DNA from: Deltaproteobacteria bacterium
Lineage (GTDB): Bacteria; Desulfobacterota; Binatia; Binatales; Binataceae
Reading direction: 5' to 3'
Assembly (NCBI GenBank): GCA_021799555.1
Contig: JAJZAG010000002.1
Coordinates: 1 to 45,102 of the forward strand
DNA length: 45,102 bases
The translations under genes and the position numbers were made by a program. The notes under the pieces were generated by a model that was given only the letters and a program-made list of their open reading frames with translations, was not told the origin of the DNA and did not search any database. This document shows positions 33,848-42,674 of the stretch, piece by piece. Position 1 is the stretch's first letter, and each line of letters begins with the position of its first letter.

Positions 33848-35027
33848 TGGGAGCCTTTTTTCCGTAGAGTTTTTTGTAGAGGGTGTTGCGTTCGACGGCG
33901 ACGCGGCCCATCGCGCGCGCTTTTTCCTCGATCAAATCGACCGGTACGAACTCGCCGGATTCGCCACCCGCTTGCGCGGTGATGCTCTCCTCCATCAGGG
34001 TGCCTGAAAAATCGTTGCACCCGGCCTTGAGCGTAAGCGCGGCGAGATCGGGTCCGAGCTTCACCCATGAGGTCTGCAGATTGTCGATATAGCCGCGCAG
34101 GAAGACGCGCGAGAACGCATACATCTGGAAGTCGAGTGTGCCGTTTGGGATCTCCTTAACAAGTCCTTTGCGGAACATCATCGTGTTCTGATGAATAAAG
34201 CGCAGCGGCACGAACTCGGTGAATCCGTGCGTCTCTTTCTGGATCGTGCGGAGCAGGTTCAGGTGATTGACTACCTGGCGCGGAGTTTCGATATGCCCGT
34301 ACATCACGGTCGAGGTGGTCGGCACTCCGGCGGCGTGCGCGCTGGTGATGATATCGACCCACGCCGCGACATCGACCTTTTTGTGCGAAAGGATCTCCCG
34401 CACAGAATCGTCAAGAATCTCGGCCGCCGTGCCGGGAATCGACCCTAGACCGTGATCGCGCAGCATCGCGATATATTCCGGATATTCCATGTGCACACGC
34501 TTGGCGCCGTACATGATCTCCATCGGAGAGAACGCGTGAACGTGGATAGCCGGGAACGCGCCTTTGATCACGTCGAGCAGGTCGCGGTACTTAAAGGGTG
34601 GCATCTCGGGATTAATCCCACCCTGCATGCAGACTTCGGTGGCGCCACGCGCGACCGCGTCGGCGACTTTGCCGAGGATAACCTCGTCGGAATGGTCGTA
34701 GGCGTCGGACTCCCAACGCTGGCGTTTGAAGCCGCAGAACTGGCAGCCGACAAAACAGATATTGGTGAAGTTGAGATTGCGATTTACGACATAGGTGACT
34801 TCGTCGCCCACATCTTCGGCGCGCGCGAGGTCCGCGCACTTCACCAGGGCGCGCAGATCGTCGCCCTTCGCGGTGTAAAGCGCGAGTCCTTCTTCGGGCG
34901 TGATTTCAATTCTCGCGCGGCTGTTTTCGAGCGGTGCTCGAACGGTGGGCGAGGCTTTGGCAAGGAGCACCTCGACCGGGGTCGCTGCGATTTCGTTAAC
35001 CCAGTTTCGCCAATCGGCAAGATTCAT
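33774..35027 (-). CDS. cofH: FO synthase subunit 2 (radical SAM, CofH)
   Basis: The radical-SAM cluster motif is NICFVGCQFCGF. ATG 35027 overlaps the cofG TGA (ATGA). The product is collinear with CofH (…GGINPE…, …SGTLMEE…). Confidence 0.9.
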   Translation of the reverse strand: MNLADWRNWVNEIAATPVEVLLAKASPTVRAPLENSRARIEITPEEGLALYTAKGDDLRALVKCADLARAEDVGDEVTYVVNRNLNFTNICFVGCQFCGFKRQRWESDAYDHSDEVILGKVADAVARGATEVCMQGGINPEMPPFKYRDLLDVIKGAFPAIHVHAFSPMEIMYGAKRVHMEYPEYIAMLRDHGLGSIPGTAAEILDDSVREILSHKKVDVAAWVDIITSAHAAGVPTTSTVMYGHIETPRQVVNHLNLLRTIQKETHGFTEFVPLRFIHQNTMMFRKGLVKEIPNGTLDFQMYAFSRVFLRGYIDNLQTSWVKLGPDLAALTLKAGCNDFSGTLMEESITAQAGGESGEFVPVDLIEEKARAMGRVAVERNTLYKKLYGKKAPNGARPIATSTPLADHHACGGSGCC

Positions 35028-36244
35028 GATGCTGTTCCCCGGGTTCGTTCCCAAATCGCGCGCACATTAGTCGCGACCGCCGGGTCGAGCCATTCGTCAT
35101 TTATATATTCTTGGTAAACGGCCAGGCGCTCGCCGAGCGTAAAGCCCGCGCGTGCGCACCTTTCGCCGAGGCGTTCGAGATGCGGCCACGGCGCTTCGGG
35201 ATTCACATAGTCTTTCGACAACGGCGAGATTCCGCCGAAATCGTTGATTCCCGCGCGGATGAACAGCTCGATTTCGCCGGGCGATAGATTCGGCGGCGCC
35301 TGCACGTTCATCGCGGGACCGAGGACCAGGCGTGCGGTGGCGATCGCGCGCGCCATCTCGTAAGCCTCGGGCTCGGGCGCCGATGCCATCGCGATTTCCG
35401 GCTTGGCTCGGAAATTCTGGATGATGACTTCCTGAATATGACCGTGACGCTCGTGCGAATCGCGCAGCGCGATCAGGCTCTGAGCGCGCTCGGCGACGGT
35501 CTCGCCGATTCCGAGCAGGATTCCGCTCGTGAACGGGATTCGCAGTGCGCCGGCTTCGTCGATCATCTTCATCCTGAGAGCAGGATCCTTGTCGGGCGCC
35601 GCCTGATGCGCTCCGCCGCGTGCGCGCAGCCGCGGCGAGATCGACTCGAGCATCAGCCCCATCGAGACATTGAGCGGCCGCAGCATCGCCATTTCGTCGC
35701 GCGACATCAGCCCGGCATTGGTGTGCGGCAACAGCCCCTCGCCGATCGCGATCGCGCACGCGCGGCCGACGTATTCGATCGTCGAGCGAACGCCGAGCGT
35801 GTCGAGCGTCGCGCGATATTCCTTGAACGCGACCTCGGGCTTGTCGCCCAGGCACATCAGCGCCTCTTTGCATCCGAGCTCGTGCCCGCGGCGCGACCAT
35901 TCGGCGATCTCGGCGGGCATCATGGTCCATGCGCCGGGGTCGCCGGGATCTTTGCGGAACGTGCAGTAGGTGCAGCGGTCGCGGCACAGATTCGTGATCG
36001 GCAGGAAAACCTTGCGCGAGTATGTGATCGCGTGGCCCTTGCCGCGGTCGCGCAGCTCGCCGGCCACGGCGAGAAGATCCTCGAATTCGCTCGCTGGGCA
36101 ATCGATTAGGGCGATCGCTTCGGCCTCGGTCAGGCGCGCGCCGCCGAGCGCGCGATCCAGCACCGGGCGAATCGATGCAGCCGAGCGAGCGAAAGATATA
36201 GCGGCAAGCTCTGCGAAGGCCATCCTTCGGTCCTTATAGGCCAT
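35024..36244 (-). CDS. cofG: FO synthase subunit 1 (radical SAM, CofG)
   Basis: The radical-SAM motif is TNLCRDRCTYCTF. ...GLMLESIS..., FTSGILLGIGE and IIQNFR are typical of CofG. Confidence 0.9.
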   Translation of the reverse strand: MAYKDRRMAFAELAAISFARSAASIRPVLDRALGGARLTEAEAIALIDCPASEFEDLLAVAGELRDRGKGHAITYSRKVFLPITNLCRDRCTYCTFRKDPGDPGAWTMMPAEIAEWSRRGHELGCKEALMCLGDKPEVAFKEYRATLDTLGVRSTIEYVGRACAIAIGEGLLPHTNAGLMSRDEMAMLRPLNVSMGLMLESISPRLRARGGAHQAAPDKDPALRMKMIDEAGALRIPFTSGILLGIGETVAERAQSLIALRDSHERHGHIQEVIIQNFRAKPEIAMASAPEPEAYEMARAIATARLVLGPAMNVQAPPNLSPGEIELFIRAGINDFGGISPLSKDYVNPEAPWPHLERLGERCARAGFTLGERLAVYQEYINDEWLDPAVATNVRAIWERTRGTAS

Positions 36245-36333
36245 ACCATAGGTGCAGGCAACCGACAGGTTTCAGTTTGCTACTGGCTCGTTGCGTGATA
36301 GCGACTTGCGCCGGCGAACGGGTGGGGCGCAAG

Positions 36334-36960
36334 TCACGGTATGAACATCATCCCAATCATCAGAAGAGGTACAAGCCAGCTCATCCAGCTCGTTTGTTGC
36401 TGGCTGACGTACTGTTGTGTTTGATCCACGGCAGGGTAATTTTGCTGATTTGCGATTTGGGATAGAACTTTGTTCGCGTCGCTGCCGTTGGATCCGGAGG
36501 AAGTTCCCGCGGAGGCCGAATCGTTGTTTGCAGCGAGTAGCTCCGGCTGGACGACTACACGATTTTCAATCACGACGTCGGGATCTCGCACGACCTGCCG
36601 CACCCTGGCTTCCGCGTTTTGCTTGCCATACGGAGTTGCCGTGTACCCATAGAGGATCACTTGGCGGCTGGTCCCACTACCTAGAACTTGCGCGCCGACA
36701 AGCGGAAGACGATGGTTTTTAAGGTAGTCGGTGATGACTCGGCTCTGACCAGCGGGATCCGTAGGCAATTCGGGCAGCGACTCCGTCGAACCGGAATGCA
36801 CCGCGCCGCTTCCTGACTCAATTTGAGGGGCTGACGGGGTCGCTACGGGGGCTGGAACTGCCGGTGCGCTGGAGACTGCCGCGCATGCTTCCATCCCGAT
36901 CGCACCTAGAACTAGCGAAACTACCAGAGCGATTTGGGCCACCCGCTCCATCGCAGTCAT
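36334..36960 (-). CDS. BON domain-containing membrane/periplasmic protein
   Basis: An N-terminal signal or anchor (IALVVSLVLGAIGMEACA), a BON-like segment (ITDYLKNHRLPLVGAQVL...VILYGYT...AEARVRQVVRDPDVVIENRVVV) and a C-terminal hydrophobic helix (WMSWLVPLLMIGMMFI). Confidence 0.65.
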   Translation of the reverse strand: MTAMERVAQIALVVSLVLGAIGMEACAAVSSAPAVPAPVATPSAPQIESGSGAVHSGSTESLPELPTDPAGQSRVITDYLKNHRLPLVGAQVLGSGTSRQVILYGYTATPYGKQNAEARVRQVVRDPDVVIENRVVVQPELLAANNDSASAGTSSGSNGSDANKVLSQIANQQNYPAVDQTQQYVSQQQTSWMSWLVPLLMIGMMFIP

Positions 36961-37025
36961 CGGGAAATCCTCTATCGATTATTGCATAGTGTAGCACTTA
37001 TTCCGGTTCGGCAAGCATCGGGCGT

Positions 37026-37676
37026 TCAAGCGATTTTGGGCAAATTCCAATGGCGCCAAACCGCGATGATTCGAAGGCCAAAGCAAAACACGCCGCCGAG
37101 GATCGCGGAGAGCGTCGGCGAGATCCCGAGCTTGCGGCTGATGACCATCACCGTGGCGCCGGCCAGCGCCGCAGTCGCGTATACGTCGGAAAGCAAAATG
37201 GCGGGCACGCGCGAGAGCAGCACGTCGCGCACCGTACCCCCGCCGACGGCCGTGATCGTTCCCATCAAGGTTGCGATGAAGGCGTTGATCTGATTGTCGA
37301 GCGCCTTCGCGGTTCCCGCGACCGCGAATAGCGCGAGACCGCCGGCATCGAGTGCGACGAGTACCGGAAAAGGAATTCGCCAGATGAACTGATGGACTAA
37401 AATCACCGCGGCGCCACCGGTGAATGCGATCGCGGCGTAACGCCAATCGCGAATCGCCTGTGGCGGCGTCGCACCTATCAACACGTCGCGGATGATCCCG
37501 CCTGCCAGTGCTGTTGCGAACGAAAGCACCATGATTCCGAAGACGTCGAGATTGCCGATAATCGCAGCCATCGCTCCTTCCGCCGCGAACACGACCGTTC
37601 CCGCAATATCCACCGCGAAGAGCAAACGGTTCGGAGCGGAAATTGCTGGTCTCGTCGATGGATCGTTGATAGGCAC
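37026..37676 (-). CDS. trimeric intracellular cation channel (TRIC/UPF0126) family protein
   Basis: Two UPF0126 repeats are present, with the conserved Gly-rich kinks LAGGIIRDVLIG and VGGGTVRDVLLS. There are seven predicted TM segments. Confidence 0.8.
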   Translation of the reverse strand: MPINDPSTRPAISAPNRLLFAVDIAGTVVFAAEGAMAAIIGNLDVFGIMVLSFATALAGGIIRDVLIGATPPQAIRDWRYAAIAFTGGAAVILVHQFIWRIPFPVLVALDAGGLALFAVAGTAKALDNQINAFIATLMGTITAVGGGTVRDVLLSRVPAILLSDVYATAALAGATVMVISRKLGISPTLSAILGGVFCFGLRIIAVWRHWNLPKIA

Positions 37677-37700
37677 GTGGCTGGCTTGCGATGTGCCGAG

Positions 37701-38657
37701 TTACTTCGCGCGCACCGCTGGAATCACGTCTTCGGCAAAGCGCTGGACCTCGTCCATCTGATAGGGAGCCATCTGCATGAAAATGAAATGCGTCACTCCC
37801 GCTTTGCGGTAACGCTCGACCGTGTCGAGGCATTCATTTTTGCCGCCGATCATGATCTGGCGGCGTGCTTCTTCGGGCTTCTGTCCGCTCATCGCTCCGA
37901 CCAGCTGCATGACCATCTGCTCGCGCTCTTTCGACGCGCCGTAACATAGCGCCATCATGACCGTCTTCTCGATTTCGTCGGTGTTGCGCCCTTCGGTGTC
38001 GCCGTGACGCTCGATGACACTGATCAGATGCGCTATTCGCTCTGCGCTGCTGCCTGTCGAGTTCCACATGTCGGCGTGGCGCGCAACCAGCTTGAGCAGA
38101 GTCCTTTCTCCCTGGCCTCCGATCATAATCGGCGGATGCGGCCTGGTGAGCGGCTTCGGATTGCAGACCGCGTCCTTTACCTTGTAATGCCGTCCGTCGA
38201 GGCTGGTCTTGTTCTGCGTGAACATCCCCTTGATGATCTTGACCGATTCATCGAGCGCGCCCAGGCGGCCGGGAATCGTTTTGAAATCGATACCGAAGCT
38301 CTGATGCTCCAGCTCGTACCATCCAGCGCCGATTCCCAGGTTCAGCCGTCCTTGCGAAGCGACATCGAGCGTCGCCGCCATCTTCGCCAGCACGCACGGG
38401 TTGCGATAAGTGTTGCCGTTGACCAGCGCTCCGATTCGCGCGCGCTTGGTATGCTGGCTGAGCGCGGACAGCAGGGTCCATCCTTCCATGCACGGCCCGG
38501 TCGGGTCGGGCACGAAAATCGGATAGAAATGATCGAACACCCAGAGCGAGTCGTAACCCCAGCGGTCGGCCTTGCTCCAGAGGTCGCGAATTTCGTCGAA
38601 GGAGACATTCTGCTGTCCGGTCTGAATTCCAAAGCGAATCGGATGAGTCGTCGGCAT
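37701..38657 (-). CDS. LLM-class F420-dependent oxidoreductase
   Basis: MPTTHPIRFGIQTGQQNVSFDEIRDLWSKADRWGYDSLWVFDHF, RIGALVNGNTYRNP, GRLNLGIGAGW and PPIMIGGQGE form the typical luciferase-like F420 group pattern. Confidence 0.85.
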   Translation of the reverse strand: MPTTHPIRFGIQTGQQNVSFDEIRDLWSKADRWGYDSLWVFDHFYPIFVPDPTGPCMEGWTLLSALSQHTKRARIGALVNGNTYRNPCVLAKMAATLDVASQGRLNLGIGAGWYELEHQSFGIDFKTIPGRLGALDESVKIIKGMFTQNKTSLDGRHYKVKDAVCNPKPLTRPHPPIMIGGQGERTLLKLVARHADMWNSTGSSAERIAHLISVIERHGDTEGRNTDEIEKTVMMALCYGASKEREQMVMQLVGAMSGQKPEEARRQIMIGGKNECLDTVERYRKAGVTHFIFMQMAPYQMDEVQRFAEDVIPAVRAK

Positions 38658-38999
38658 CGCGGGTACCTCCTGATATTCGCATCAACGTAACATCAAGCTT
38701 GGGCAGGGCGAAGCCGCCGCTTTGGCGATTCAACACGCGGGGCACATCGTCGCTGCCCAATTCTCGGTGCAAGCCAATACGCCCCCGCCCGAAATATTCG
38801 CTCGAGATCCCAACTGACGTGCGCTTACGTCACGGCTGCCGCGCGCGATGCTGCCGAATCTTGATGACGCGGCGAGCGCAATGCTTCCAGGGATCGAACC
38901 CGTCGCTCGGTCGAGCGTTTAGTTGCCGGTTGGCCCGCTTGCCATCGATGCGCTACTCTTTTTTCTGATTTACCGACGCATCGAGGAGAATCGTCAGTT

Positions 39000-40025
39000 A
39001 TGCCTCAAGCCGAGGGTGCGCGCGTGCAGCCCGAGACCGCCGCGCGCGTCGAATATGAACTTCAGCTCTACTACTGGATGAAGCTGATCCGGGCGTTCGA
39101 GGATCGCGTCTCGCGGCTTCATCGCCAGAACAAAATCATGGGCGGCGTCTACTCGGGCGCCGGCCAGGAAGCTATCTGCACGGGAATCTGCGCGCCGCTC
39201 AAGGACGGCGATTTCGTCGCACCGCTGCATCGCGATCTCGGCGTCTTCCTGGTCCGCGGATGTGATCCTGCGCGGTTGATGGCGCAATTGATGGGCAAAG
39301 AGACCGGGCTGTCGCGCGGCAAGGACTCCTTCCTGCACGGCGGCGACATGGAGCATCTCATTTTCGGATCGACCTCGATGCTGGGATCATCGCTGCCGGT
39401 CGCTGTTGGCGCGGCACTTAAGTTCCGCATGAAACGCGAGAAGAACATCGCAGTCGCGTTTTTCGGCGAGGGTGCGTCTTCGCGGGGCGACGTGCACGAG
39501 GCGATGAATTTTGCCGGCGTGCAAAAGCTGCCAGTCCTGTTCGTGTGCGAGAATAATCGCTACGCCTACTCGACTCCGCTCGAAAAGCAGATGGCGATCG
39601 ACGACGTCGCCGACCGTGCCGAAGCTTACGGATTCAAGGGCCACGTCGTGTCGGGCAATGACCTGCTCGCGGTGCTCGAGGTGAGCGAGCGTGTGATCGC
39701 CCACGTCCGTGCGGGCGAGGGCCCTGCACTTATCGAGTGCAAGACCTACCGCTATCGCGGCCATAGCGAGCACGACGCGGCGCTGTACCGCGATCAGGAA
39801 GAGTTGCTCGAGTGGCAGACTCGCGACCCGATTCCGCAATATGAGTTGTTCCTTGAAAAGAAGGGCCATGACCTGAAGCATATCCGCGAGCAGATCGACG
39901 AGCGGACCCATCGCGTGGTCCAGGAGGCGGTCGATTTTGCCGAACAGAGCCCGCTGCCCAAACCTGAAGAAGCACTCGAAGATCTATACGCGCCCAATAG
40001 CGGCGCCGTTTCGAAAGCAAAATAA
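39000..40025 (+). CDS. 2-oxoacid dehydrogenase E1 component, alpha subunit (TPP-dependent)
   Basis: The TPP motif is VAFFGEGASSRGDVHEAMNFAGVQKLPVLFVCENNRYA, and YRYRGHSEHD is present. GAGGAGAA lies upstream of the ATG. Confidence 0.9.
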   Translation: MPQAEGARVQPETAARVEYELQLYYWMKLIRAFEDRVSRLHRQNKIMGGVYSGAGQEAICTGICAPLKDGDFVAPLHRDLGVFLVRGCDPARLMAQLMGKETGLSRGKDSFLHGGDMEHLIFGSTSMLGSSLPVAVGAALKFRMKREKNIAVAFFGEGASSRGDVHEAMNFAGVQKLPVLFVCENNRYAYSTPLEKQMAIDDVADRAEAYGFKGHVVSGNDLLAVLEVSERVIAHVRAGEGPALIECKTYRYRGHSEHDAALYRDQEELLEWQTRDPIPQYELFLEKKGHDLKHIREQIDERTHRVVQEAVDFAEQSPLPKPEEALEDLYAPNSGAVSKAK

Positions 40026-40037
40026 AGGCATCAGACG

Positions 40038-41018
40038 ATGGAAATGACTTATATCAAGGCGATTAATTCCGCCCTGATGGAGGAAATGCGCCGCGACGAG
40101 AACGTCTTCATGATGGGCGAGGACGTCGGCGAACTTGGTGGGGCCTTCAAAGCAACCGAGGGTTTGCTCGAGGCGTTCGGAGAGGAACGGGTGATCGACA
40201 CTCCGATCTCCGAGGCGCTGATTGTCGGCGCAGGGATCGGCGCCGCCGTGCTCGGAATGCGCCCGATCGTCGAGATGCAGTTCGCCGATTTCATCTCGTG
40301 CGCGTTCGACCAGATTGTGAACATGGCTGCGACCACCCGCTATCGCCACGGTGGACGCGCCGAATGCCCGCTTGTGGTGCGCGCACCGTCCGGTGCCGGA
40401 ATCCACGGTGCGCTGTTCCATTCGCAGAATCCTGAAGCGTGGTTCACTCGAGTGCCGGGGCTCAAGGTCGTCGCGCCGGCGACCGTCTATGATGCCAAGG
40501 GGCTTCTCAAGGCGGCGATTCGCGACAACAATCCGGTCATCTACTTCGAACACAAGCGCCTTTACAGAAGCATTAAGGAAGATCTGCCCGACGCCGATTT
40601 CACCGTGCCGATCGGCGCGGCCGAAATCCGCAAGGAAGGAACCGATCTTTCGCTTATCACTTACGGCGGTACACTCGGCCAGTCGCTCGACGCGGCGAAG
40701 ATCGTCGAGAAAGAAGATGGCCTCGCTGTTGAGGTCCTCGATCTGCGTACGCTTCTGCCCCTCGACCGCGATGCGATTCTGGCCACGGCGCGCAAGACCG
40801 GAAAGGTGCTGGTCGTTCACGAAGATCGTCTGACCGGCGGCATCGGCGGCGAAGTCGCGGCGATTATCTCTGAGCACGCCTTCGAGTTTCTCGACGGTCC
40901 CGTCAGGCGGCTTTGCGCGCTCGACACGCACGTGGCGTTCAGTCCGCCGCTCGAAGAAGCGATCCTTCCCAACACCAACAAGATCGTCGATGCGATCCGC
41001 AGCCTTGCGGCCTACTGA
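40038..41018 (+). CDS. 2-oxoacid dehydrogenase E1 component, beta subunit
   Basis: MTYIKAINSALMEEMRRDENVFMMGEDVG..GGAFKAT.GL, DTPISE and PIVEMQFADF form the canonical transketolase-like E1 beta pattern. Confidence 0.92.
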   Translation: MEMTYIKAINSALMEEMRRDENVFMMGEDVGELGGAFKATEGLLEAFGEERVIDTPISEALIVGAGIGAAVLGMRPIVEMQFADFISCAFDQIVNMAATTRYRHGGRAECPLVVRAPSGAGIHGALFHSQNPEAWFTRVPGLKVVAPATVYDAKGLLKAAIRDNNPVIYFEHKRLYRSIKEDLPDADFTVPIGAAEIRKEGTDLSLITYGGTLGQSLDAAKIVEKEDGLAVEVLDLRTLLPLDRDAILATARKTGKVLVVHEDRLTGGIGGEVAAIISEHAFEFLDGPVRRLCALDTHVAFSPPLEEAILPNTNKIVDAIRSLAAY

Positions 41019-41019
41019 C

Positions 41020-42408
41020 ATGAGCACTGAAGTTACGATGCCCCAGATGGGCGAAAGCGTGGTCGAAGGAACGATCGCAAAATGGTTGGTCAAAGTGGGC
41101 GACGTCGTCACCGAAGATCAGCCGCTCTGCGAAATCTCTACCGACAAAGTCGATACCGAAATTCCGTCACCTGCCGCCGGCCGTATCGCGAAAATCGTTG
41201 CGCAGGAAGGGCAGACGCTGCCGGTCGGTGCACCGCTTGCGATGATTGACAGCGCAGGCGAACCCGCCGCCAAATCCGGTGCGCAGCTCGCGCCGATCGA
41301 GGTTTCGAAGCCTTCCGCCGCGCCTGCGCCGGTCCGCGAGATTCGCTCGGTCCCTGCGCCGGAGCCGCGCCCGCAGGTGCGCATCATAGCGGCGGCCGCC
41401 GCTCAGATGGCACCCGACGAAGAAGTGAGCGCGCCGCGCCGTTACTCGCCGGTAGTTTTGAAGATGGCCGCCGAACACAGGATCGATCTCGCGCGAGTTA
41501 CCGGTACGGGAATCGGCGGCCGCGTAAGCAAACGCGACGTCGCCCGCTACCTGGATTCGCTGCGCGCGGGTCGCGCTGGGAACGGCTCGGCGGCGCCTCT
41601 GACCCGCTCAGTTTCCGTAGCTCCGACGCTGACTGCTGATGCGCAGACATCTGCGCCGCCGGCTCCTGCAGGAATGGTGTTCCATGCGCCGGTCTATCAG
41701 CCGCGCGAGGGTGATATCGTCGAGCCGTTCACCCGTCGGCGCAAGCTAATCGCGGAGCACATGGTCTATTCAAAGACCCATTCCCCGCACGTGCCAACGG
41801 TGGCGGAAGTCGATATGACGCGGATCTCGCACCTGCGCGACAAACACAAGGCTGCGTTCGCCGAGCGCGAAGGCTTCGCGCTCACTATGCTGCCACTGAT
41901 TGCCGCCGCTACGGTGCGCGCACTCAAGGAATTTCCGCGCATGAACGCATCCGTCGTCGGCGATGCGCTCGTCATCCGACGCGAGATCAATCTAGGTATC
42001 GCAATGGATTCGGACGAAGGGTTGCTCGTGCCCGTCATCAAGCGCGCCGAGGGGATGTCCGTCGTCGGAATTGCGCGTGAGATCGCGGCGCTGCAGCGCA
42101 AGGTCATGGATAAGAAGATTACCGCCGACGACCTCGCCGGCGGTAGCTTCACGCTCTCAAACCCCGGCCGCGAAGGAAACCTTTACGGCTTTGCCATTAT
42201 CAATCAGCCCCAAGTCGGAATCCTCCGCATGGGCGAGGTCAAAAAGCGTGCGGTTGTGATCGAAGTAGACGGCGAGGATGCGATCGCGATCCGCACGATG
42301 ATGTATCTGGCCCTGTCATACGACCATCGCGTAATCGATGGAGTCCTCGGCAACCGGTTTCTCTACCGGACTGCCCGGATAATCGAAGCAGCCGACTTTG
42401 AGTTTTAG
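41020..42408 (+). CDS. dihydrolipoamide acyltransferase (E2)
   Basis: ATG 41020 lies 1 nt after the E1 beta stop. The lipoyl domain is MPQMGESVVEGTI...CEISTDKVDTEIPSP, followed by an Ala/Pro linker, the subunit-binding domain (SPVVLKMAAEHRIDLARVTGTGIGGRVSKRDV) and the catalytic LSYDHRVIDG. Confidence 0.92.
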   Translation: MSTEVTMPQMGESVVEGTIAKWLVKVGDVVTEDQPLCEISTDKVDTEIPSPAAGRIAKIVAQEGQTLPVGAPLAMIDSAGEPAAKSGAQLAPIEVSKPSAAPAPVREIRSVPAPEPRPQVRIIAAAAAQMAPDEEVSAPRRYSPVVLKMAAEHRIDLARVTGTGIGGRVSKRDVARYLDSLRAGRAGNGSAAPLTRSVSVAPTLTADAQTSAPPAPAGMVFHAPVYQPREGDIVEPFTRRRKLIAEHMVYSKTHSPHVPTVAEVDMTRISHLRDKHKAAFAEREGFALTMLPLIAAATVRALKEFPRMNASVVGDALVIRREINLGIAMDSDEGLLVPVIKRAEGMSVVGIAREIAALQRKVMDKKITADDLAGGSFTLSNPGREGNLYGFAIINQPQVGILRMGEVKKRAVVIEVDGEDAIAIRTMMYLALSYDHRVIDGVLGNRFLYRTARIIEAADFEF

Positions 42409-42674
42409 GATTTCGGGCACTGCTGTTACGGTTGATAGCCTCGCAGCGCTGGGGCGGGCATAGGTCTGCGCGCGGACGTAATCATCGCTCACAGATGGTT
42501 CTCGGATATCCTTTGCACTCTTCCGTCATTCTCTCTTGTCAAAAGGAACTATGAGTGATATCCATCACTGAATCTTGATTTCAGATATTGTGCGGGAAAT
42601 TCTAAGAGTAACGCTTCCGTTGGCCATTTTTACGTAGTCGGTTTGTCTGCTTTCACGCAATCGGAGTGAACGCG

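Noticed and set aside
35097-36101. 334-aa Arg-rich ORF, and other long alternative-frame ORFs (36979-37833, 23067-23921, 39984-41111, 18451-19263, 19791-20825)
   Set aside because: All of them overlap genes with clear family motifs in another frame or on the other strand (cofG, TRIC, Zn-ADH, E1 beta, PaaA-like, SDRs). Their composition is shadow-ORF-like (R/A/G/P-rich).
38815-38832. TGACGT-N6-ACGTCA dyad in the divergent region between the LLM oxidoreductase and the E1 alpha gene
   Set aside because: The arms are only 6 bp, the dyad is about 170 nt from either start codon, and it does not match the CRP/FNR consensus closely. It is too weak to call as an operator.
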